From assembly GCA_900542005.1 (NCBI GenBank), contig UQLW01000008.1:12587-76586 (forward strand): a stretch of 64,000 bases of DNA, written 5' to 3'. The number at the start of each line of letters is the position of its first letter. Within the stretch, counting starts at the first letter, position 1. The position numbers and the translations under genes are program-made. The DNA is from an uncultured Eubacteriales bacterium (lineage in GTDB: Bacteria > Bacillota > Clostridia > Christensenellales > UMGS416). The notes below the pieces were generated by a model. That model ran no database searches. It saw only the letters and a list, made by a program, of their open reading frames with translations, and was not told the DNA's origin. Positions 56,650 through 64,000 of this stretch are shown here, in pieces.

Positions 56650-57795
56650 ATGCAATATCGTCAATTCGGCAAGACCGGAGCCAGGGTATCCGCCTTTGGT
56701 ATGGGCTGTATGCGTATGCCCACCTATACGGACGGGGAAGGCCAGGTGAAGGTGGACCGGCCCAAGGCGGTCGCGATGATCCGCCGGGCGGCGGAGGGCG
56801 GCGTCAACTACTTTGATACCGCCTATGTGTATCACAATGAGGAGAGCGAGTCGGTGGTGGGCGAGGCGCTTTCCGGCGAGCTGCGAAAAAAGGTGATGAT
56901 CGCCACCAAGCTGCCCATGTGGAAGATCACCTGCGAGGACGACCTGGAGGCCATCTTTAACGAGGAGCTGCGCCGGCTGAATACCGACTATATCGACGTA
57001 TACCTGCTGCATTCGCTGAACGCCGGCTCCATCGAGATCATCAGGAAATACCATGTGCTGGAGTTCCTGGACCGCAAGAAGGCCGAGGGCAAGATCCGCT
57101 TTGCCGCCTTCTCCTTCCACGATAAGCTGGAGGCCTTCAAGCAGCTGGTGGACCTCTATGATTTCGATATGTGCCAGATCCAGCTGAACATCCTGGATAT
57201 CAACGAGCAGGCCACCGCCGAGGGCATGCGCTACGCCGCCGAAAAGGGCATGGCCGTCGTCATCATGGAGCCGCTTCGGGGCGGCACCCTGGCCACCGTG
57301 CCCGGCGAGGTCATGAAGCTCTACGACGCGATGCCCGTCAAGCGCTCTCCGGCCGAATGGGGCTTCCGCTTCATGTACAATTTCCCCCAGGTATCGGTCA
57401 TCCTCTCCGGCGTCAGCACCATGGAGCAGCTGGAGGATAACCTCCGTATCTTCGATAGGGCGGAAGCGGGCGGCTGCAGCACCGAGGAGGAGGAGCTCTT
57501 CGTCAAGGTGCGCGAGGCCTATGATGCCCGTATCCGCGTGCGCTGTACCGACTGCAAATACTGCCAGCCCTGCCCCCAGGGCGTGGAGATCCCCAAGATA
57601 TTCTCCCAATATAACGACCTGGCGGTATTCGACCATGTGGAGGGCAACCGCAAGCGCTATGCCAAGCTCATCGAGGGCCAGGCCGACGCCGCCCGGTGCG
57701 TGGAATGCGGCGCCTGCGAAGCCATCTGCCCCCAGCACATCGCCATCATCGAGAAGCTGAAGGAGGCCCGGGCGCATCTTGAGATAAAACGATAG
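56650..57795 (+). CDS. Aldo/keto reductase with a C-terminal 4Fe-4S ferredoxin-type domain
   Basis: Trimmed to ATG 56650 (GGGAGG RBS). It starts MQYRQFGKTGARVSAFGMGCMR, has FDTAYVYHNEESE and ends with two Cys clusters, CTDCKYCQPCP and CVECGACEAICP. Confidence 0.88.
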   Translation: MQYRQFGKTGARVSAFGMGCMRMPTYTDGEGQVKVDRPKAVAMIRRAAEGGVNYFDTAYVYHNEESESVVGEALSGELRKKVMIATKLPMWKITCEDDLEAIFNEELRRLNTDYIDVYLLHSLNAGSIEIIRKYHVLEFLDRKKAEGKIRFAAFSFHDKLEAFKQLVDLYDFDMCQIQLNILDINEQATAEGMRYAAEKGMAVVIMEPLRGGTLATVPGEVMKLYDAMPVKRSPAEWGFRFMYNFPQVSVILSGVSTMEQLEDNLRIFDRAEAGGCSTEEEELFVKVREAYDARIRVRCTDCKYCQPCPQGVEIPKIFSQYNDLAVFDHVEGNRKRYAKLIEGQADAARCVECGACEAICPQHIAIIEKLKEARAHLEIKR

Positions 57796-57826
57796 CAAGA
57801 AAAATTGCTTGCAGTATCAAGTGAAA

Positions 57827-57858
57827 GTTCAAGGCCTCTATAGAGGCCTTGAACTTTT
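57827..57858 (+). terminator. Rho-independent terminator after the AKR gene, at the left edge of the low-GC island
   Basis: 12-bp perfect stem GTTCAAGGCCTC TATA GAGGCCTTGAAC followed by TTTT. Confidence 0.85.
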
Positions 57859-58008
57859 ATATAGCTATTATTTGTTGAATTTGGATCCGCGCAACAATCT
57901 TCATATTTGTTAAAAACCCTCAAAAATGTCAAAAAATAGATTGATAATATGAACAATAGTAGAACACAAATAGCAAATAAATACAATAATAAAAAACAAT
58001 ATTTTATA

Positions 58009-58037
58009 TTGACAGATACAAATAGTGACATTATAAT
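58009..58037 (+). promoter_or_regulatory. Perfect consensus SigA promoter inside the low-GC island
   Basis: TTGACA (58009-58014), a 17-nt spacer, then TATAAT (58032-58037), about 110 nt upstream of the ABC exporter ATG (RBS AAGGAGGAAAAAG). Confidence 0.6.
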
Positions 58038-58148
58038 AAAATAAATAATTAAATATGACAAAGGCGAGCTTTCAATAAACAAATTGAATATTATTGCATA
58101 TGGAATAAAAGATGATAATCATCAAAATGCATAATAAGGAGGAAAAAG

Positions 58149-59767
58149 ATGTTCATAAAACCGCTGAATCATCTTAAGCTGTATTGGAAAAGCATGCTTA
58201 TTTCGCTGCTTCTTACTATAATAGTCCAGGGAATCGCATTGGTGCCGCCCTATGTTATGTCCTATACGATTGATGAAGCGATTCCGTCTGGTAATATGAA
58301 TCTTATCTTACGAAGTATTTTGTTATTCGTTGCTATCCCGTGTATTAGTGGACTGCTGTATTCATTATATATCTATTATACGGCTACATGTTGTCGCAAA
58401 TTTGCTTATAGGATTAATCAGTCTATCCTGGCTGCTCTCATGACTCAGGATATGAGTTTTTTTGATTCGAACCCAGGTGCGGAATTGGCCGCAAAGACTT
58501 CGCAGGATGCTAACGATTATGTCTATTTATGGATTTGCACGATCCCTCAAACGTTAGGCGCGCTGATTACAACATTGATTAGCCTAATGCTTATTGCTCG
58601 TATGAGCTGGATTATTACTGTTACACAGCTTATTTATGTTTTGCTATTACTCTTGCCGGCGCAGATGCTAGGCAAAGTGGTTAAGGATAATTCCTCTCAA
58701 ATATTTACCGCAGTAGTCAAAATCCGAACGATGCTGGTGGAAACATTTCAAGGTATTCGATATATTAAAACAATGTGCCTGGAAAATAATATCATTTCCG
58801 AATACAGAAAACTATTTCTTGGAGCCAATAGCATTTTTGGCCTGTAGTTCTAGAAAGTATATTACATACGAATATTCGAGAGTTTTTGAGCTCCTTATTT
58901 TTGGGAATTGGATTTGTTACTTGTACAATTTTTGTAATCAATGGGCAATTTACTATGGGCATGTTAGTCGCGTGCCTATCATTGCTTCCCAGATATTATC
59001 AGGGCGTTGGGGCTTGTACGGGAGCAAATTTGGCTTTTATGAAACAAATTGGCCAATTTGAAGAATTTTTTAAATATATGGAATTAAGGAAACCCACAAA
59101 GGGTACTGAAGAGCCACAGAAATTTTTGCAACAGAGCCTTGATTTAAAGGATATAAGATTTACATATAATGATCGTGTAGCCGTATTTGAAAACTTTAAT
59201 CTTTGCATTCAACCAGGCAAATGGTTTGGCATTGAAGGGGAAAGCGGTAAAGGTAAATCTACGTTATTGCATTTAATTCTTCAGCTATACCAACCAGATT
59301 CGGGTGCCATTTATATGGATGGGTACAAGGTAGATGAACTAGACATTACGTGGTATCGCAGCAATATTGCTTTCGTAGATCAAACTCCATTTTTATTCAA
59401 TAGCAGCATCTATGATAACTTTAAATTGGTCCGTAACTGCACGAATGAAGAAGATATGTGGAAGGCCTTAGAGCTGACTTGCCTGGAGAAAAAAGTCCAA
59501 GAACTTCCTGAGGGGATACACTCGCAGGTGGGAGAAAATGGTGTAGCCTTTTCGGGGGGAGAGAAGCAGCGTTTAGCATTGGCTATTGCGCTGTCTACCA
59601 ATAGACCACTGCTTGTTTTAGATGAGGCAACTTCACATTTGAATGAAGAACTGGATGAACGAATTATGAACAATTTGCGAGCGCTTGTTGATCAGGGAAT
59701 GACAATAATTTCTTCTTCACATCGTAAAAAGTTTCATAAACTATGCGATAAAATAATTAAATTATAA
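58149..59767 (+). pseudogene. ABC exporter (fused 6-TM permease + NBD) interrupted by a -1 frame change at a T5 run
   Basis: The two track ORFs 58149..58847 (TMD part) and 58886..59767 (rest of TMD + NBD: Walker A GESGKGKST, signature FSGGEKQRLALAIA, Walker B LLVLDEATSHLN) are in different frames. Frame 2 is open back to 58832, so a 1-nt change at TTTTT 58834-58838 joins them into ~539 aa. Confidence 0.8.
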
Positions 59768-60055
59768 TAATTATAGGGCAACGAGAAGTACTATAAAAAG
59801 CCATTTGACTTATGAAAGAAGAAGTGAGGTTATGCGGATAAGTCCAACCTTCGCAGAATTTGAACTTGAAGATTAGTTTGTGCGGACCTTTGCCAGTCCA
59901 TAAGCGATCAATAGAACAATATGCTGATATTAAAAGTACATTAGCGCAAATTGAACTAATTCCATAAACTTTAATTTCCTCCCTTGCCACCTTCCGCCGG
60001 GCCCGATATACTGAAAGGGACGATGAAGGCCCCGGTAGGGGCGGAGGAAAACGAA

Positions 60056-63000
60056 ATGGCGATGATTGAGGAAAAGAATGTGGATATGGTGCTGGCCAAG
60101 CTGGCCGACGCCATGGAGCGATACCAGGCGCTGCTGTTTGAGCCGGTGGGTACGGTGGAGGCCGCGGGATGGCCGACCCGGGAGCATCTGCGGCTGCCGC
60201 CCGATGGGAATCGGGAATGGAAGCCTCTAAAGGCGGGCGACGTATGGGGCGGCGAATGGGAGAACCTATGGATCAAGGGCTGCTTTGCCATAGATGAAGC
60301 GCTGGCCGGGCAGCCCCTTTTCCTGCAGGCGGCCACCGGCGCGGTGGAGGCCATGCTCTGGGTGGACGGTATGCCGGTGGGCCTCTATAACGAGAACGCC
60401 GGCGCGGCCTATTATTCCCTGGGCTCCCACCACACGCTGCGCATCACCGGCGGCGCGGCGGCGGGCTCGGTGCTGGAGCTGGCCCTGGAGGCCTATGCCG
60501 GCCACTTCTGCGCCGGCTGCATGCCGGCCGACCGGGAGACGAGACGGCCGGAGGATTTCCTGCGCACCTACCGGGGGCTGACGGTCTGCACCCGCCGGGA
60601 GGACGTTCTGGCCTTTGTGATGGATCTGCGCACGCTGCTGCAGCTGGCCGAGTGCCTGCCGGAAACCAGCTTCCGCCGGGCCAAGGTGCGCGCCGCCCTG
60701 GTGGAGGTGTCCCGCACGCTGGTCCACATGCCCGCCGAGCGGGAGGAGGAAGCCTGGCGGGACAGCCTTGCGCGGGCCCGCGCCATCATGGCCGAGCCCC
60801 TCTCCCGGAAGAACGGCCCCTCGGCCCCCTATGCGGCCCTGGTGGGACATTCCCACATGGACACGGCCTGGCTGTGGCCGGTGGATGAGACCATCCGCAA
60901 GTGCGCCCGCACCTATGCCCTGGCCCTTTCCATGATGGAGCAGTATCCCGAATATATCTTCATCCAGTCCAGCGCCCTGCATGCCTATTGGATGGAGAAG
61001 CAATACCCCATGCTGTTTCAGCGGATGCAGGAAAAGGTGAAGGAAGGACGCTGGGAGCCCAACGGCGGCGTATGGGTGGAGTGCGACTGCAACGTGACCG
61101 GCGGCGAGGCCATGGTGCGCCAGTTCCTGCGGGGCCAGCGCTACACCCGCCAGGCCTTCGGCTATACCTCAGATACCTTCTGGCTGCCGGATACCTTCGG
61201 CTATTCAGCGGCCATTCCCCAGATCCTCAAGGGCGTGGGGATCCGGTACTTCTGCACCACCAAGCTCTCCTGGAACGATACCACCGCCTTCCCCATGGAT
61301 ACCTTCCTGTGGAAGGGGCTGGACGGCAGCGCGGTTATGGCCCACTTCAATACCACCCACTCCTGGCCCGATGCCAAGCACCTGATCACCAGCCTGGAGG
61401 GCGGTTCCGGCTCCAAGAACTTTGTGGCCCATAAGCAGGTCAACGACAGCCGCCTGGTGGCCTACGGCTTTGGCGACGGCGGCGGCGGGCCGATGTTTGA
61501 GATGCTGGAGGCCAGCCGGCGGGTGAAGGACCTGGAGGGCTGCCCCTGCAGCTACCACAGCACCGTATCCGATTACCTGCACCGGCTGGAGGCAGAGGCG
61601 GACCTGCCCACCTATGCCGGCGAGCTTTACCTGCAGCTGCACCGGGGCACGCTGACCCAGCGCCACGAGGTGAAGCGCAACAACCGCAAGGGCGAGATTG
61701 CCCTGCGCTCGCTGGAGCTGGCCCAGGCATGGGCGATGCTGGCGGGCAAGGCGGCGCAGGCGGCCGATATCCAGCCGCTGTGGGATACGCTTTTGATGAA
61801 CCAGTTCCACGATATCCTGCCGGGCACCTGTATCACCGAGGTCTATGAGCGGGCCGTGCCTGAAATGCGCCGGATGATCGAAGCTGCGGAAGAAAGGACG
61901 CGGGCGCTGCTAGAGGGCGGCGGCGCGGGCTTTACCCTGGTAAATCCGCTCTCATGGGACCGGGGCGATACCCAGTATCTTGAGGCGCCCGGCTATGCCC
62001 AGGGCATGGCCAGCCAGCGGGTGAATCGCCTTTGCGGCGGAGAGGCGCTGGCAGTGGCGCCGGTGATCCCGGCCATGGGCGCGGCCCTGGTCGAGCTGAC
62101 CGATACGCCCTGCGATGCGCCTTCGCCCTTTGCCTACGATGGACGCCGCTTGACGACGCCCTATGCGGAAATTATCTTCGACGAAGCGGGATCGATGGCA
62201 AGCTTCATTGACCGGGCCAACGGCCGCCAGCTGGTGCGGGAGGCGCCGCTGAACCGCTTCTACATGGGCGAGGATGTGCCCGCCCTGTGGGATTGCTGGG
62301 ATATCAACGCCGACACGCTGGATATGCTGGTGCCGCAGGAGCGGCTGCTGGAGCGGCAGGTGGTATCCGACGGCCCCCTTCAGCTGCGCATCCGCAGCCA
62401 TTACGCCATCGGGCCCCGCTCGGAGCTCTGGCAGGACATGGTTTTCCACGCCCAAAGCCCCCGGATCGACTTTGAGACCCGGGTGGATTGGCAGGATAAG
62501 CACCACCTTCTGAAGGTGGGCTTTGACCTGGATATCCTGACGGACCGCATCCGTAACGAGGTACAGTTCGGCCACCTGGAGCGGCCCACCACCCGCAACG
62601 ACAGCCGGGAGCAGGCGATGTTCGAGGTGTGCAACCACAAATGGAGCGACCTTTCAGAGAACCGGTATGGCGCGGCCCTGGCCAATGACTGCAAGTATGG
62701 CATCTCCTGCGAGGGCGGGCACATGATGCTGACCCTCCACAAGGGCGGCACCCACCCCGACGAATGCGGCGATGTGGGCGTCCATGCGTTCACCTATAGC
62801 TTCCTGCCCCATATGGGTGGCTTTGCGGCCGAAACCGTCATCCGGCCGGCCTATGAGCTCAATATGCCGGCGTTGGCCGCTGGCGGCGCGGCGGATATGC
62901 CCCAGCTGGCCCGGGTGGATGCGCCCAACGTGATCGTGGAGGCCGTCAAGCTGGCCGAGGACGGCGAAGGCGCCCTGGTCTACCGCCTCTATGAGGCGGA

Positions 63001-63166
63001 GCGCAGCGCCGTAACCGCCACCCTGACCCTGCCCGGCCAGCCCCTGCGGGCCGAGCTGACCAACCTGCTGGAGGAGCCCGAGGCCCCGCTTGAACTGGAG
63101 GGGAACCAGGTTCGCCTCGGCTTCCGCGCCTTTGAGATTAAGACGGTGAAGGTGTATTACCGGTAA
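60056..63166 (+). CDS. GH38 alpha-mannosidase, cytoplasmic
   Basis: Trimmed to ATG 60056 (GGAGGAAAA RBS). About 1036 aa. Motifs: VGHSHMDTAWLWP, SDTFWLPDTFGYSAA, QFHDILPGT, and a C-terminal beta-sandwich. Confidence 0.9.
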   Translation: MAMIEEKNVDMVLAKLADAMERYQALLFEPVGTVEAAGWPTREHLRLPPDGNREWKPLKAGDVWGGEWENLWIKGCFAIDEALAGQPLFLQAATGAVEAMLWVDGMPVGLYNENAGAAYYSLGSHHTLRITGGAAAGSVLELALEAYAGHFCAGCMPADRETRRPEDFLRTYRGLTVCTRREDVLAFVMDLRTLLQLAECLPETSFRRAKVRAALVEVSRTLVHMPAEREEEAWRDSLARARAIMAEPLSRKNGPSAPYAALVGHSHMDTAWLWPVDETIRKCARTYALALSMMEQYPEYIFIQSSALHAYWMEKQYPMLFQRMQEKVKEGRWEPNGGVWVECDCNVTGGEAMVRQFLRGQRYTRQAFGYTSDTFWLPDTFGYSAAIPQILKGVGIRYFCTTKLSWNDTTAFPMDTFLWKGLDGSAVMAHFNTTHSWPDAKHLITSLEGGSGSKNFVAHKQVNDSRLVAYGFGDGGGGPMFEMLEASRRVKDLEGCPCSYHSTVSDYLHRLEAEADLPTYAGELYLQLHRGTLTQRHEVKRNNRKGEIALRSLELAQAWAMLAGKAAQAADIQPLWDTLLMNQFHDILPGTCITEVYERAVPEMRRMIEAAEERTRALLEGGGAGFTLVNPLSWDRGDTQYLEAPGYAQGMASQRVNRLCGGEALAVAPVIPAMGAALVELTDTPCDAPSPFAYDGRRLTTPYAEIIFDEAGSMASFIDRANGRQLVREAPLNRFYMGEDVPALWDCWDINADTLDMLVPQERLLERQVVSDGPLQLRIRSHYAIGPRSELWQDMVFHAQSPRIDFETRVDWQDKHHLLKVGFDLDILTDRIRNEVQFGHLERPTTRNDSREQAMFEVCNHKWSDLSENRYGAALANDCKYGISCEGGHMMLTLHKGGTHPDECGDVGVHAFTYSFLPHMGGFAAETVIRPAYELNMPALAAGGAADMPQLARVDAPNVIVEAVKLAEDGEGALVYRLYEAERSAVTATLTLPGQPLRAELTNLLEEPEAPLELEGNQVRLGFRAFEIKTVKVYYR

Positions 63167-63179
63167 TTCCCCTATAGGT

Positions 63180-63222
63180 GCCGGCGTCCGGACTATGAAA
63201 AATCCGGACGCCGGCGTTTTTT
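63180..63222 (+). terminator. Rho-independent terminator after the GH38 gene
   Basis: 13-bp stem GCCGGCGTCCGGA / TCCGGACGCCGGC followed by GTTTTTT. Confidence 0.85.
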
Positions 63223-63371
63223 GTATATAATTTTCGAGAAAAACTCAAATACGGACATGGCAAGGACAAAAAAATATATGGTCATAGAATATAAAAAATG
63301 TCATGATTTATATATACAAAGTGTGCATAAAGAAAGCGAGGTAAGGCAAAAACCCATAAGGAGGATGGAAC

Positions 63372-64000
63372 ATGCGGGCGTCGTTTACAGCGGTGAGAAA
63401 GATTCTTTTGCGCGGCAGGGCGCTGGGAATCCCCTGCCTGGCCTATTTTGCGCTTTTGCTGGGCTACGCTATCTATCAGGTGCTGAATTATATCAAATTC
63501 CGGCCCATCAATCCTGCGCTTTATATGAGTTCGGCTGAACAGTCCCTATATGTAGCTTTAGCGGGTTATGCTTTCTTCCTCTATCTGGGCTATGAGCTGG
63601 GCGTGCGGCTTAAGGAAAGCCAGCTTCAGGAGGCGGTGCGGCCGCTGCCGGGCGCAGCCTGCGGCTACATGGGCGCGGCCATGCTCCATATGGCCCTGCT
63701 GGCGGGCGCCGGCATGGCGGTGATTATGGCGGCAAACGGCCTGCTTTATCATCTGGAAGGGCTGCAGGACGGGGCGTTGCTGGCCCATCAGATGGCGGCC
63801 TGCGTGCTGTATTTATTCCTGACGCCGGTGGTAGGGGGCTGGATGGGCCTGGCGCTAGGGCGTCTTGGGATGCACCGGCTGGCAGCTTACCCCCTGGTGG
63901 TGCTGCTGATCCTGCTGACAACCGGATACCTTGACCGCTTTTTGCGCATCCCCTTTGAGCGGACAAAGGGCTATTGGGCGGGCTTTATTCCCTATTGGAT
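63372..64000 (+). CDS. Polytopic membrane protein, N-terminal part (continues past the right window edge)
   Basis: ATG 63372 behind AAGGAGGA. The frame is open to the window end (MRASFTAVRKILLRGRALGIPCLAYFALLLGYAIYQ...LAAYPLVVLLILLTTGYL...) with several hydrophobic helices. It is not in the ORF track because there is no stop. No family recognised. Confidence 0.6.
   Translation, partial: MRASFTAVRKILLRGRALGIPCLAYFALLLGYAIYQVLNYIKFRPINPALYMSSAEQSLYVALAGYAFFLYLGYELGVRLKESQLQEAVRPLPGAACGYMGAAMLHMALLAGAGMAVIMAANGLLYHLEGLQDGALLAHQMAACVLYLFLTPVVGGWMGLALGRLGMHRLAAYPLVVLLILLTTGYLDRFLRIPFERTKGYWAGFIPYW

Larger units (their letters stand above)
57859..59983. other. Low-GC island (~2.1 kb) inserted between the AKR gene terminator and the GH38 gene
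   Basis: Hand counts on sampled 60-nt lines give about 22-45% GC inside the island, against about 62% in the flanking coding lines. The change is abrupt at ~57855 and ~59985. I saw no integrase, transposase or tRNA. Confidence 0.85.

Noticed and set aside
57657-58082. A 141-aa minus-strand ORF starting in the AT-rich island, with a very hydrophobic N-terminus.
   Set aside because: It would have to read through the AKR terminator hairpin and 140 nt of the AKR coding region. Its hydrophobicity is the expected by-product of translating T-rich DNA, and no RBS is present.
57859-59983. A search for terminal inverted or direct repeats at the island ends (GTTGAATTTGG near 57876 against the reverse complement GTTCAATTTGCG near 59950; TTGAACTT at 57849 and 59863).
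   Set aside because: The matches are only 8-10 nt, imperfect, and expected by chance in AT-rich DNA. They are not positioned symmetrically at the composition boundaries.
63221-63538. A 105-aa track ORF downstream of the GH38 terminator.
   Set aside because: It begins inside the AT-rich promoter region with no RBS. A different frame starting at 63372 has a strong AAGGAGGA RBS, stays open to the window end and encodes a coherent polytopic membrane protein.

Overview
This is a 64-kb chromosomal segment from a high-GC Gram-positive anaerobe. Sampled lines are about 60-65% GC. GGAGG-type RBSs, ECF S-components, type III pantothenate kinase, DUF951 and Firmicute lipoboxes suggest Clostridia/Oscillospirales; that taxonomic call is an inference. 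I call about 56 protein genes. I saw no rRNA, tRNA, CRISPR array, transposase or integrase.

Gene content, left to right:
- F-type ATP synthase operon on the minus strand (atpI-like, B, E, F, A, G, D).
- A type IIA topoisomerase B/A gene pair.
- An isolated ribulokinase gene.
- Two back-to-back ABC export systems: HlyD adaptor + double-FtsX permease + two ATPases, then ATPase + two ABC-2 permeases.
- A minus-strand housekeeping string: mscS-like, DUF951, lepB, ilvBN, HAD, tcdA.
- ECF-S + coaX, a cupin, htpG, two unknown genes, fhs and DUF1697.
- A MocR-like regulator divergent from an ECF-S gene.
- TetR + a heterodimeric ABC exporter.
- A cytoplasmic glycan-processing set: two GH78-like genes, GH130, GH38, a Cof phosphatase and an AKR-ferredoxin.
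- DagK and an MBOAT/DHHW/DUF4358 trio.
- Sulfatase + double-GNAT + PIG-L deacetylase.

Most unusual observations:
1. There is no atpH gene; a delta/OSCP C-terminal domain is fused in frame to the N-terminus of alpha.
2. The HtpG linker carries a 42-bp tandem repeat encoding CECGHEH Cys/His motifs.
3. One ABC ATPase ends in an AbrB/SpoVT-like domain.
4. The MocR-like regulator has Gln at the PLP-lysine position.
5. A roughly 2.1-kb low-GC island (57.86-59.98 kb) carries a consensus promoter and an ABC exporter gene interrupted by a -1 frame change at a T5 run.

I cannot point to a clearly novel multi-gene system. The findings below are ranked leads.
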